Assembly (NCBI RefSeq): GCF_011386835.1
Contig: NC_088794.1
Coordinates: forward strand, 34,596,001-34,660,000
Origin: Chrysemys picta bellii
Lineage: Eukaryota
Reading direction: 5' to 3'
Length of the DNA stretch: 64,000 nucleotides
Made by a program: the position numbers and the translations under genes. The notes beneath the pieces are model-generated. The model saw nothing but the letters and a program-made list of their open reading frames with translations. It was not told the DNA's origin and did not search any database. Shown here piece by piece: positions 38,416-51,382 of this stretch. How positions within the stretch are numbered: the stretch's first letter is position 1; every line of letters begins with the position of its first letter.

Positions 38416-40913
38416 TATTCATGATGCCAGAAACCTGTTCATGGTTTTGACTAAAAGTTTAGTCTTCCAACATATTCAGCTAAAAGACTCCTACTGTTTA
38501 ATTAATTATATTTTAGAAAAGTGAGCCAATGGAAGGGTCTGTTGAAGGAAACACTTTTCCCCTTCACCTTGTGGTGCAACAGATGTTACTTATTTTAATG
38601 GGAACAAAGGATTTCTAAATTGGGTCAACCACTGATTCTATAGGTCCAATATCCCTGCCCCCACAAAGCATACGTAGCCAATACATGCTTCCAAGAAAGA
38701 AGAACCTTCTATGCCCCCACAAAGCATATAGCTAAAGTGTTTAATTCTATACAGGTGGAGGAGGAAATCCCTCAGCCGCATTAGGAGTCAGTTTAGTTGT
38801 TTCCTTTAAAATAAAAAACAAACATTCATTCATTTAGCTATACTGCATGGGGGTATATTTTAGTACTGAAGAGAAGTTCATATTAATGAAAGATCGTACC
38901 TTTGCCGCCTTCTTCTGGTGTATTATTTATAAAGTATGATAAATGTGCAAGGCACCTTAGAGATAAAAGGCAACATCTGCGGCCTGAAGCACATACACTA
39001 TGAATGTTTTTAACTACAAAGTGCACTTCTCTTCTAGTGTTTATTTTTCAAGATATAAGCAGGGTTAGTTTGATCTTTCTGTCACGGAGAGGCGTTCATT
39101 CCATCTGCAAGGAAGGGGAGGACAGTTCACCGAAACATGCAGCTCAGCCGGAAGACAGATGTGACACTTGAGCTTCACAGCAAACAATCAAGGAATACAA
39201 AAGAAGGCAATAAAAAGAATGTAGGAAGAAAAAAATATGTACGTTGACCACTGCCATGAGGGGAGCTGAAATATTGTTTACTTCCCCATTCTCCAGTTTT
39301 GAAAGTTCTAGCTAACTAGCCTAAAAATATCCGTGCATCTCACAATACAACCTGTTACAATTTTTATTTATCATTTGAGTGCTGAAATAAAACAGCTTTG
39401 TAATCCCATTGAAAGGAGAAAAAGAGTGGAATTAAATTAATTTGCTATTCTAGATCCCATTGCCAATGTTACTTTAAATTGCTTTTGACTGAACCAGAAA
39501 GTTCAGGTTAACTGAACAAGAGGATTCACAAAGCAAATTACCTCAGTACTAATGGCAAGGAAGAAAGATCCCTGATTAGTAAACCCTGTTGGATACTTTA
39601 CAGTCTGAAGAGTTGAGAGATGCCAGAACTAAATCAAAGAGGTGAAAATCAATAGGGTTTTAATCAGTGGTGGATTACAGTAGGATTTATTTGCTTAAAA
39701 CCAGCAGGAGTAGATAAATCCCCCACTGAGATTAATTACTAGCAAGGGAGGTGAGGGGGAAGTAGAGCAGTTATCTTAGTGGGAGCTATGCGTGGCAAGA
39801 AGAACATCAGTGGATCTATAGGGCTACTGCTTAGATCTCTCCAATCAATATCCCCCCTTCAAATTCCCAGCACTCCCTTTTTAGCTTCCTACAAGGCATC
39901 TCATTTTAGTGCATGTGTTATTAAATACACAGAACTTGTGAAACTTGTAAGTGTGAATCACTATCTTGAAAGGTTTTAAAAAAAATATAAAAAGATCAAT
40001 TTGTATGACTTTTAAGCTGAAGGTTAGGTCGTCAAGTATTACACCAAAAGCAGTTGCGATGAATTGACAGATCACATTTTGAGATGTCCCCTCTGCAGGC
40101 TTTCCAAAGCACAAACAAGTTGGATTAACGATTCACAGCCTTATTTTGAAAGGGGTTGAGCATCCACAGCACCCACTGAGGTCAATGGGAAACAGAGGAG
40201 CATCTTTGAAAATCAGGCCATCAGTGCTTAGCCATTTAATTTTATTCACTTCCCAAGTGCATTTTTAAGGCCTCTGATGAGAGAAGTTAGGATTTCCTCA
40301 AATTAAGCATTAATGCAAAATACACGACTACAAAGTGACCCATCCAGCAGATTAAGGATAAGACAGCAGTCAGACAACCCCTCTGGTGAACAACACGTAA
40401 CTTTAGAACCAATTCCAGAATAAAAAATTACCATGGTTTTGAGCTATTTAAGGGATTTGCTAAATACAAAAAACAAACAGAACAAAGTGCTGTTAGTCAG
40501 TGTTTTGATTCTCTACTAGCCTGGCAGAAAAATATTATTTTTTTCTCCTTCCAGTTTTATACCTACCTTACCATTACATAAAGATCAATCCCTGTTTACA
40601 AATGAGTTCTTGTACAAAATCTGAGACATTAAATTTGCCATGCACAAACCAGACTGGTAGGTCCATTCACTTACTTCTGTGATTAATAGATGATATATAT
40701 ACATCTTAAACATGGGTCAGAAGGATTACACTGTCTGTGTTATTTCCTTCTAGGAGATCGTGCATGAAAACTATGAGAAGTCTAGTGTTCTCTTGATGGT
40801 GGTCTATTTTAATGACTGTGTAAAGCAAAGGTTAGAGGCACAACTTTTGTTTCTTTGCATTTTCTCAAATACAACCACGTGTTGCAATCTGTACAGTAAT
40901 TCAGAGCAGGTTC

Positions 40914-40919
40914 TTTATT
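40914..40919 (-). terminator. CHID1: Probable CHID1 polyadenylation signal AATAAA
   Basis: AATAAA on the - strand about 140 nt after the CHID1 stop, followed by GU-rich TGTGG/GGTTGTATTTG-type sequence on that strand. Confidence 0.6.
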
Positions 40920-41058
40920 AGGAAAAATGCAAATTCCATACAGATTTCATATAAATTACAAAAAACAAAATTATAAATCATCTCCCCACAAATACCTCAC
41001 TTAATTGAATGTGCAGTCTCCGTGAAGCAAATGAAGTCTCTCCAATTAGTCTACCATT

Positions 41059-41157
<99 letters not shown>

Positions 41158-42719
41158 CTAAGAAAAGGATAGAGAAGGTAATCAGTTTTTGCTGAATATA
41201 AACATTAGAAACTGCACGCAGCCCTCTCTTTGTAGTATTAGACACAATGCATACCAAGATTTTTTGATTAAGTATTTTTTTCTTACCACCCGATGCCCGG
41301 AGACTATAGTTTTAAGTATTCACTGGTCAATAAGTGCAGAGCCAGATTAGTCCCACCAGTTAGGGCATTTTTTAGTGCATCAACCTAGCATATGATGACT
41401 AACTGGACATACAGAACAGCCTTGAAGTAAGCAATATTCTGAACTACGCACTGAAGTATTTTTATTTGGGCTATCACTTACACGATGTACTGCAATGCAC
41501 ACTTTGAAAACTGTGTCACCAGAAATTTCAATTCTCCCAGAAGTCTTAAGTCAATTGACACAACTTGTCACGTAGCAAATATTCTGTGTTTACAGAATGT
41601 CATCTCCTACCCAAGGCCATTCTTTTCATATTTCAGGGCAAACTCACAAAGAAAATTACATCTTAAAGGGATACTGTCAGGCTAGTATTTAAGAAAAAAA
41701 CTAAAACAAAAACAAAAAAAACCCAAACCCAAACCAAACAAAAACAACAACAAAAGATTCCTTATCTATGTTATAACCACAACTTTAGATTATTACAAGT
41801 GAAAGAATTTCAACAATTTTATGTTTGGCATTTCTCTCAGCCTGGACAAACCAAGGTAGTATTTTTCTAGTCCACTTTCAGATTCTCTTATACTAGTGCA
41901 ATGCTGTAAAGTCTGAACTGCAAACACTACAGGGAAGTGTTTAAAACTTGTTCTCATTGGAATTAAATATCATGAATATATCTGTTTGTCTTGGGGTTTG
42001 TTGCTGTTTTTTACAAAATCTGAATAAGTTCAAATTTGAGCAGACAAGATACCTATAATTACCCAATTACGATGAAGAAACCGGGTTGTGAGGGGGAAGC
42101 TAAAAGACAATTTGGTGTCACTAGCCGATTTAATTACTTTTATATGAGTGATTTTTCAGCTTTGCTTCAGTGTAGAAATCTCTCTAAACCTTTCATTACA
42201 GCCTGTTAAGAACGGAAGGAAAATTCTATTTACATGTGTATAAATACACCAATTGCCACAGTACGGCATCTACTCTTCAGAGACGAAAGAATACATGAAA
42301 AAATTCTAAAAAAAAATTAGAGGAATTATGTTCAAAACCCAGATGGAGTCTGCCAATAATGCGATAAAAGCATTCTGCAAGACCAAGGAGAATGTAGCTG
42401 GACAACTTTCAATGCAATCTGTCTTTGCTAAGGTGCAGCTACCTTGGGGTTTTCCCCATGTGGCTCAACCAGTACTAGCAAGAAAAGAATTTAACACAGT
42501 GATAAACACTTTCACATCCTGTCTACATTAGGGCCAATGGTGGGAAAGGTGCTCATGAAGCGGAAAGGAACATTCCTCTCCCACTTCCATAATGTGGGCT
42601 TCTGATGGATTCATAATGGTTTAGTCATTTACAATTTGGCACTCTCTTTTCTAAGCTTAATATACTTTCATTATAAGCTTATTTTCCATTCCAGTTGACT
42701 CTTCAAGTCCGGTCTCTAA

Positions 42720-43017
42720 GGTTTGTCCACATATAGACTTACTGCACAGCAAGCTGTGGTGTAAATCTATAGCGCACTAGTTTGCCTCATGCACTAATTG
42801 GCGGTGTGTGGAGCCCGATACTGTGAACTAAAAGCTCCCTACTGCACTTTGACCTACATTTCTCTCTGTTTAAAATAGCAATAGAGGTCAAAGCACTCCG
42901 GGGAACTTTTAGTGCGTAGTAGCAGGATCCACAATAGTGACTCAGTGCACGGCAGGCTAGTGGACTGTAGATTTACACTCGGCTTGCTGGGCACTAACTC
43001 TCCACATGGAGAAGCCC
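42720..43017. mobile_element. Palindromic PIF/Harbinger-type MITE
   Basis: TAA flanks at 42717-42719 and 43018-43020; degenerate TIR; internal inverted match CAGCAAGC..GTGTAAATCTATAG..CACTAG / CTAGTG..CTGTAGATTTACAC..GCTTGCTG. Confidence 0.75.
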
Positions 43018-43167
43018 TAAGTTGATGTGGGACAATCAAGTGACAGGGTGGCCTCTTGTACAAAAACAAAGGATTCCCTCAAAAATGCAAGGAGGCAAAG
43101 CAGTAGCCACCATCTTCCCTCTTTTTCTCTTATCCCCTTCTCATCTGAAGAAGGGACATAGACATAC

Positions 43168-43210
43168 CTTTAATGTTGGGTAGAAGACAACATGCTTTCC
43201 TCCTTTACTT
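43168..43210 (-). CDS. CHID1: CHID1 penultimate coding exon (43 nt)
   Basis: tgctttgcag|A AGT AAA GGA GGA AAG CAT GTT GTC TTC TAC CCA ACA TTA AAG|gtatgt; (K)SKGGKHVVFYPTLK; phase 2 in, phase 0 out, fitting both neighbours. Confidence 0.96.
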
Positions 43211-43420
43211 CTGCAAAGCACAAGAAGAAAACTGAGATAACACAGTATTATTGGCACCCAAGAGTTAATATGAAAATAGAAAGCCAGTCTGAGGAAGGGA
43301 ACTTTGTATAATAATTTGCAGAAGTAACCTTTGATTCTTTACTTGTTACACAAACCGTCTTCGGGATATGTGCACTGTTTAAAGATTTATGATTTGATAC
43401 AGTATTTCAGTGTCTTCTTA

Positions 43421-43716
43421 GGCTATGTCTACACTACAGCTGGGATTGACGCTCTGAGATTGATCCAACAGCGGTCGATTTAGTGGGTCTAGTGGAGACC
43501 CGCCAAATCAACAGCAGATCACTGTCAGGTTGACCCCTGTTCTCTACCCTTGATGAGAAGAGTAAGGTAAGTTGATGGGAGAGTTTCTCCCATCGACCCT
43601 CTGTGGCGTACACCTCACAGTAACTCGACCTAAGGTACGTTGACTCCAGCTACGTTATTCATGTAGTTGGAGTTGCGTAGCGTAGGTCGAGTTACCACGG
43701 TAGTGTAGACATAGCC
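43421..43716. mobile_element. PIF/Harbinger MITE
   Basis: Perfect 16-bp TIR GGCTATGTCTACACTA / TAGTGTAGACATAGCC; TTA TSD at 43418-43420 and 43717-43719. Confidence 0.93.
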
Positions 43717-44199
43717 TTAGCAACTGAAGACGTGCAATATATTCCCTGGTGACATACTTCACTAGTGAAGCATATTTTCTGCTCTGGATCATATTAGCAT
43801 TCACCCTAGTAAATCTCTGTAAAGTGGAAGTGGGGATGGGAAGATGCTAATTCTTTTCTGTAGCTTGGCTAACCCAGTGCAGACAGGATGATCCTCACAG
43901 CTGTCAATCAGGCAGGTGGCAGCAAGTTAGGAGGAGGAGGATTTTCAGGCCCAGTGTACTCTCTGATTGATTCTCTCTTCCAAAAGGCTCACAGATAAGA
44001 ATGTTCAAAGAACAGGTTCCAAACTTGGGTGAAGGGAAATATAGTCAACACTACATAACTTAAGTTTGATTTGCCAGAGGCTGTCCTGGAAGCATGGCTG
44101 TACTGAGTTAAATAATGCCATTGAGCCAACCATTCAAGTACAGGATCTCAGATTTGCCTTTTGAGAGCAAGCCTCCATCTTCAGGTGCCAACAATACCT

Positions 44200-44232
<33 letters not shown>

Positions 44233-44249
44233 CTTCTATACAAACAGTT

Positions 44250-44467
44250 AGAGGCATGCTGGGGTGTTAATATATCCCATGCTAGCTTGCTGCAAACTAA
44301 CCTCCAGTGTGGATCCCCCAGTTTGTTAATGCACTTCCATCTAGGTCTCTTTGAAATGGGGCTAGCTCAAAGCACATTAATGACCTGTTACTACCCATCA
44401 ACAGGGTCCACACAAAGCAGATTCACACCCCAGCATGCCCCAAGCTAGTTTTTGTGTAGACAAGCTC
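44250..44467. mobile_element. Partial palindromic Harbinger-type MITE, preceded by an A-tract (44201-44230)
   Basis: GCATGCTGGGGTG / CACCCCAGCATGC inverted pair; right end GTGTAGACAAGC is TIR-like; left end missing. Confidence 0.55.
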
Positions 44468-46112
44468 TCAGTCTTCAGTTGGACTTTGCACAGAGAAGTT
44501 GTAAACACGGATCATTGTTTACTGATTTTTATGCAATACAAAGAAAAATGTAATTGTTTGACATACACAAAGTAATTTCAAAACAGCATACCAAAGAATT
44601 CAAAATGAGAGAGGACAGATCAGAGGCCTTCTCTTACAGAGTTACAGAAAAAAATCAAAAACTAGTCATTGAACAGTTAAATATCGTTAAACCTCCTGCA
44701 TGATGCCCTTTTCAGAAAAAGTATAACAAATAAATGCAGAAGATGATGTATTTATTTGAGCAACATAAATCCACATATATATGTTATTAATTAATATTAT
44801 ATCAAAATTCCTCAAGAGGGAACAATTTTATAAGCTTCCTTAAATAAGGTAAAAAACCTTAACACTCCAGTATGGCTGCACAGTTGCAGAGAGGCAGGGA
44901 CAGAGCATGGATGATAGTGAGGAAGAAGTGCTGAAGAATGGATTAAATTCTGGTAAGGGGTGTATGTAGTCAGAAACCAAGCAAGGAAATACACAAGGAA
45001 GGCTACTGAGCCAGGGAAGCAATACCTGAGAGCTGAATTAGCTGATGAATCTCAACAATTCTGTCAGCTTTTCCTTGAGCAGCTGATTTGAGTTATGAAA
45101 AATATGGGGAATAATTCCTCACAGTTCTAAGCAAATTTGAAAAGTATCATAAGTCTAAGAATGTGAGAGAAGTTTGCGGCAACCCTGGTGATTTAGCAAA
45201 AAAAAAAAAAAAGTCAAACTGACAGGGCCACATTTAAAATACGGGAGCATTTTAAAAATGTTTCGCCCAAGAAGTTTCATGGTGGAAAAAAATCAATTGT
45301 TCACTGAAGAATTATGATGTTTTTTTAATGCAAGGACAATGCATCACAAAATTTACTTCATTAATGTATTTGGATTAGTGCATCTTATATAAGTTATAAT
45401 ATATTAGAAAATATACTGATAGAATTTTATAAAAGTAATGACATTTTGGTTATAGAATCTTTGCCAAAAAGAGAGGAGAACACATGCAACTGATGGTCTC
45501 TTACAAGGTTAACAAATTGGGGTTTAGCAAGATGTTGCTATTATTCCTTTTATCTGTTTAAAACGGTTTTCTTCTAGTATCAAGCACTTATTTATTCTTG
45601 TATTATGACAAAGGAAAATAGCCTTATTTGTCCTCTACAACTTTTGTTATTTTGTATACCTCCTGATGCTCTTTTTAAGGCAGCTGTCCTGGTCTTTTTA
45701 GTCTCTCCAAATCCCTTTATGGCTCCTCATTTTTATTGCTCTTTGCTAGGCACAGTCAATTTCTGCTATGTCCGAGTAACTCTAAGGCTGAATTTGCCAG
45801 GCTCTGTTATTCCTAAAGGTGTTGCTCATATATATATATATATATATTGTCAGACTTATGGCAAACCACTCACCAGCTCAGAGGTTGCATCTCAGACTTT
45901 TGTTTAAATGAGCCTTGACAGATAACTTAGGTAGGGATGCTCTGCATACCCAAAATACTTCTGAAGATCTGATCCACCAGACTTAAGTGTTAAAGTTTGT
46001 TTTAGCTACATTTGTTACTTCATTCACCCTTCCCTGGCTTATTTCTGTCCCCTGAAATCCTCTTTTATGTTCCTATTCATGGCTACCATAGCTGACAAAC
46101 TGCAGACTCTCA

Positions 46113-46396
46113 GGGCTTGTCTTCACTACTCGCCTGGATCGGCGGGTAGAAATCGATCTCTCGGGGATCAAATTATCACGTCTCGTCGGGACGCGACAAT
46201 CAATCCCCGAATTGACGCGTGTACTCCACCAGCGCAGGTAGGAGTAAGCACTGTTGACGGGGGAGCCGCGGCGGTCGATTTGCCGCCGTCCTCACAGCGG
46301 GGTAGGTTGGCTCAGATACGTCTAATTCAGCTACGCTATTCGCGTAGCTGAATTTGCATATCTTAAATCGATCCCCCCCCCAGTGTAGATCTAGCC
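46113..46396. mobile_element. PIF/Harbinger MITE, CpG-rich, related to 43421
   Basis: Ends GGGCTTGTCTTCACT / AGTGTAGATCTAGCC; TCA flanks at 46110-46112 and 46397-46399; shared internal hairpin CAGCTACG..CGTAGCTG. Confidence 0.85.
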
Positions 46397-46502
46397 TCAG
46401 TATGCTGAATTCAGTCACATATTATAGAAGTAGTAATTCAGTGTCTATGGGACTCAGGCCCAAGAATATTCACAGAGCAGTAAGTAAATGACTGCCACTC
46501 AC

Positions 46503-46583
46503 TTTTTGTATTCCAAATAGTGTTCAGCTATTTGTTCATCCCAAACAATTTTCGGTTTGTTTTCCTTCAGGGTTTCGATGTAC
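46503..46583 (-). CDS. CHID1: CHID1 third-from-last coding exon (81 nt)
   Basis: ttttaatttatag|G TAC ATC GAA ... TAC AAA AA|gtgagt; (R)[26 protein letters not shown](K) versus remembered human RYIQTLKDHRPRMVWDSQASEHFFEYKK. Confidence 0.96.
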
Positions 46584-47309
46584 CTATAAATTAAAACCAC
46601 AGGTATAAAATTAGTTTTATAATTATTCGAGAGAAACGTTTAAACCATTAAAAGAATGTTAAAGCTACTTATCCATCCAAGTGGCATATGTATAGAGCAG
46701 GTTGAAAATTTATTAATAGTTTACTCAACAACATCCTTCGTCAACAGTCTAATATATCCTTTGCAAATCAGGTTTTTTTCCAGCCCATTCAAGCAGCTAA
46801 ACAGATATGCAATTTTTTTTTTTTTGCAACTGATGAATTTACTCATAGATGTATTTTCATTATCTAACTATTATAGCATACCCACTCTAGTACTTGAGCA
46901 CATTTGAGGTCTGTTTCTAGGACACTGACGCCAGGGATTTGAACCAAATTCTCCCTAGCTAGCAATACATAATATTTACCTATAGTCAACTACATCAGCA
47001 AAAAGATTTATGACTCCTACACCCTGCAGAAAGCCATTTCCTAAAAGTGTAGGTTAGTTCTTTTCAAAATGAGCTGCTTGTGTATGTACTGTTTCCTCTT
47101 AGCACAGAGCTCCATGGAAGACATTTTTCACGTTTTGTTTTGTTCGATTCACTTGTTTGGGTACCATCCTTCAGAGAAATGACACACTTGCCATCTGTCA
47201 CTGTTGGTGTCCTTCCAAGACAGGCAGAACCTAATCATGTCAAAATGTGAATGTAGAGTCCAAATCAAACCTGCACCTTCAGGAAGGATTTATTTTATTC
47301 AAAAAGGAA

Positions 47310-47545
47310 TGATGGTCCAATAGTTTGGGAGTTAACCTGGCCCTTGGGAAACCCACATTAAACTCTCTCTGCCACAGACTTCCTTCCTACATGACCTTGG
47401 GCAAGTCATTCAGTCTCTCAGTGTCTCAGCTCCCCATCTGTAAAATGGGGATAGAGCATTCCCTATCTCACAAGGATGTTGTTAGGTTAATACATTAAAG
47501 ACTGTGAGACACTCAGATACTATGGTCATGGGAGCTATATAATTA
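47310..47545 (+). mobile_element. CORE/MIR-like SINE
   Basis: TGACCTTGGGCAAGTCATTCAGTCTCTCAGTGTCTCAGCTCCCCATCTGTAAAATGGGGATA is the canonical CORE domain. Confidence 0.85.
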
Positions 47546-48812
47546 TGATAGATATATTTTTCCTCTTGCATATCCTCCTGCCTCTTTTTAGTATGAATCA
47601 TCTTTGCCCAGAAGGCAGAACGTAACTTTTTCTGACTGGACATTGGAGTTGCTATTGATTGACAGTTCATCCCATTTCCAAGAGGCACTGCCTTCTTTCT
47701 ACAGATAATCACAGATTTGAAACCAAATCCCCACTTGCCAGTGCATCACCTTACAATGGTCCCTACAGATTAACTGAGTAGGCAGGAAGAGAGCAGAAAG
47801 GTGATGTTAATAAAGACTACTCTTCTCCTGAATTTCTATTTCTGCAAGGTTGATTAAAACCATCTGTTCCATAACATAGGACTCATTATAGCAGAAATTT
47901 CTCTGCTCCAAACATTTACAGGAAAAAAATTGACTTTAAATCTTTTTATTTTTAAATTTAAAGTTTCCATTACCCAAGTTCAAGATGGCATAACCGATTT
48001 CCATCAACCATTATCCTGACCTGTTAGTCCTGAAATCCCATCAGACTATACATTTCAAAAAAGAAAATGGTTCGTATTTCTGAGCTTGATAAAGATTTAT
48101 TCTCCCCTTTCTTCAAATATTATTCCAAATGCAATTACAACATTCCCTACCATACAGAATACTTTCACCTCTCTGCTGTGGTTTTGCTCAGCTGTGCGTT
48201 GGTACATAGCCGGTCTATGATTCAAATTGCATTTTTACGAGAGAAAGGAATTTAGTTTTATCTAGTGCAATTCATGTTGAAGCGATCTCAAAGTGCTCCA
48301 CAACATGACCTAGAGTGTGCTAGTTCAGTAACTGTCAGCAAACATACTGTAGTACCGATTGTAAGGTCAGCAAGGGCTGATTTATACGGTAGTCTTGAAC
48401 ATTTAGTTTTTCACTGACAGGTAACGTAGGATTAAGATCCTTGTTCTTTTTTTGAAAAGTGCCATAGAATCTTGAACTTCCCTTTGGATCATCATTAAAC
48501 ATGGGCAGCAAAGAGCTAATTTTCATATTTAAATTCAAGGACAGCACTTAGCACCTTGCTCCATTTCAGAACTGCATCATTGATAGTTATAACAGCACAA
48601 GTTCTGGTGTAGGATGTGGGTTTATGAGGATAAGGTCCAGAGATAAGTGCTACCAACTAAGCCATGCTGATACACATGGGTCTTCTTTTGTACATGTGAA
48701 GTTACAATAACAAATTCTAATTTCTTTGCTAAAAATTCCAACAGCATTAAAGAACAGTAAACACATGATTTTTAAAAAAATCAGAAAAGTAACATATAGC
48801 ACCCTTCACAGC

Positions 48813-48815
<3 letters not shown>

Positions 48816-48847
<32 letters not shown>
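48816..48847 (+). repeat. (CT)16 microsatellite
   Basis: Direct reading; abuts the hAT element at 48862. Confidence 0.95.
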
Positions 48848-48851
<4 letters not shown>

Positions 48852-48861
48852 CTGTATGTAT

Positions 48862-50501
48862 TAGGGCTGTCGATTAATCGCAGTTAACTCACGCGATTAA
48901 CTCAAAAAAATTAATCAGGATTTAAAAAATTAATCGCGATTAATTGCCATTTTAATTACACTGTTAAACAATAGAATACTAATTGAAATTTATTAAATAT
49001 TCTGGATGTTTTTCTACATTTTCATATATATTGTATTGTGTGTTGTAACTGAAATCAGTGTACATTATTTTTTATTACAAATATTTGCACTGTAAAAATG
49101 ATAAACAAAAGAAATAGTATTTTTCAATTCACCTCATACAAGTAATGCAGTGCAATTTCTTTATCGTGAAAATATAACTTACAAATGTAGATTTTTTTTG
49201 TTACATAATTGCACTCCAAAACAAAACAATGTAAAACTTCAGAGCCTACAAGTCCATTCAGTCCTGCTTCTTGTTCAGCCGATCGCTAAAACAAACAAGT
49301 TACAGGAGATAATGCTGCCCACTTCTTGTTTAAAATGTCACCTGAAAGTGAAAACAGGCATTTGCATGGTACTTTTGTAGCAGGCATTGCAAGGTATTTA
49401 CGTGCCAGATATGCTAAAAATTCATACACCCCTTCATGCTTCGGCCACCATTCCAGAGGACATGCTTCCATGCTGATGACGCTCATTAAAAAAAAGGAAT
49501 TAATTAAATTTGTGACTGAACTCCTTGGGGGGAGAATTGTATGTCTCCTGCTGTGTTTTACCCGCATTCTGCCATATATTTCATGTTATAGCAGTCTCAG
49601 ATGATGACCCAGCACATGTTGTTTATTTTAAGAACACTTTCACTGCAGATTTCACAAAACACAAAGAAGGTACCAATGTGAGCTTTCTAAAGATAGCTAT
49701 AGCACTCGACCCAAGGTTTAAGAATCTGAAGCGCCTCCCAAAATCTGAGAGGGACGAGGTGTGGAGCATGCTTTCAGAAATCTTAAAAGAGCAACATTCC
49801 GGTATGGAAACTACAGAACCCAAACCACCAAAAAAGAAAATCAACCTTCTGTTGGTGGCATCTGACTCAGATAATGAAAATGAACATGCATCAGTCCACA
49901 CTGCTTTGGATTATTATTGAGCAGAACCCATTATCAGCATGGACGTATGTCCTCTGGAATGGTGTTTGAAGCATCAAGGGACATATGAATCTTTAGCGCA
50001 TCTGGTACGTAAATATCTTGCAACGCTGGCTACAACAGTGACATGAGAAAACCTGTTCTCACTTTCAGGGGACATTGTAAACAAGAAGCGGGCAGCATTA
50101 TCTCCTGCTAATGTAAACGAACATGTTTGTCTTAGCGATTGGCTGAACAAGAAGTAGGACTGAGTGGACTTGTAGGCTCTAAACTTTTAGATTGTTTTAT
50201 TTTTGAATGCAGGTTTTTTTTTTTAACATAATTCTACATTTGTAAGTTCAACTTTCATGATAAAGAGATTGCACCACAGTACTTGTATGAGGTGAATTGA
50301 AAAATACTATTTCTTTTTTTTTTACAGTGCAAATATTTGTAATAAAAATAACTAAAAAGTGAGCACTGTGCACTTTGTAATTCAAATCAATATATTTGAA
50401 AATGTAGAGAACATCCACAAATATTTAAATAAATGGCATTCTACTATTGTTTAACAGTACAATTAATCACAATTAATTTTTTTAATTGCTTGACAGCTCT
50501 A
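48862..50501 (+). mobile_element. Internally deleted hAT element with ~600-bp inverted arms
   Basis: TIR TAGGGCTGTC / GACAGCTCTA; ATTAATCGC subterminal repeats; arms ~48862-49479 and ~49931-50501 are reverse complements; flanks GTATGTAT / GTGTGTGT. Confidence 0.9.
49560..50157 (+). pseudogene. hAT transposase C-terminal remnant with hATC dimerisation domain
   Basis: ALDPRFKNLK...; after a stop, CPLEWCLKHQGTYESLAHLVRKYLATLATTVT*ENLFSLSGDIVNKKRAALSPANVNEHVCLSDWLNKK*. An inverted second copy is ORF 49286..49567 (-). Confidence 0.88.
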
Positions 50502-50724
50502 GTGTGTGTGTGTATGTATACACACACACACACACACACACACTATATGGTTAGTTATATAACCAAAATAAGACACACAACCATAATTATTTTTTTTAAA
50601 GTTGCTCATTAATGTGCTGCATTTACCACATACTGTGCACACCTGCACTGAACATAGTACTCCAGGGCTTCTCTGCGATGCTTATCGCCACAGTATGCAA
50701 GAGCTTCACAAAAAGTAATGAGTT

Positions 50725-51080
50725 TATCTTCACAACAACAGTAAGGTAAGTGGTATTATTCCCATTTTAGAGACAGGGAAATAGGTCACAAAGATTAAGG
50801 CCAAAATTGTCAAAACTGTCCGGTAGTTGTGGGTGCCCAACTTGAGAAACACAGGACCTGATTTTTTACAGTATTTATCAAGAACAATAGAAATGCTATG
50901 TTCAAAGCACAACTATGACTACCGTCAGTTGCAGTTGTGAGTGCTCAGCACTTCCACAAGTCAGACTTCAGATGTCTCAAGCTGACCATCCAGAAAATGA
51001 GATCATCTGTGAAAAGTTCGGTTTAAATGACCAGATAGAAACTCTGACACACAGACAGGGATATAATCCAATTCTCCAAG
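50725..51080 (-). mobile_element. CORE/MIR-like SINE interrupted by a palindromic element (50799-51022)
   Basis: ATTATTCCCATTTTAGAGACAGGGAAAT is antisense CORE; insertion begins GGCCAAAATTGTCAAA after TTAA (50795-50798) and is followed by TTAA (51023-51026). Confidence 0.62.
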
Positions 51081-51382
51081 ACAGATTTCAACTGCCCTTA
51101 CCCACAGACCATCCTCTCTCTTCCTGCAGTCCCCTGCCTCACCTGGTACTCCACTTGTGCAACAAATGAGGCAGAGCTTTTTGGGGAGGAAGGGTTGTTT
51201 TGTTTTTGTTTAGATTTTTTTAACAGACAACAGCCTCACTCAATATGCAAACCTGATTCATCCCCAGAGCCCAGTCCATCATGTATACTGAATGGGGCAT
51301 GGGTCCTGGAAAAACATAAATGTGATCTGAAATTAAAGACTATCATGATTCACACACACACAGAGATGACAGTTTAGTATAT

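Noticed and set aside
40274-40300. CTGATGAG as a hammerhead core
   Set aside because: No stem II closing onto GAAA and no stem I/III partners.
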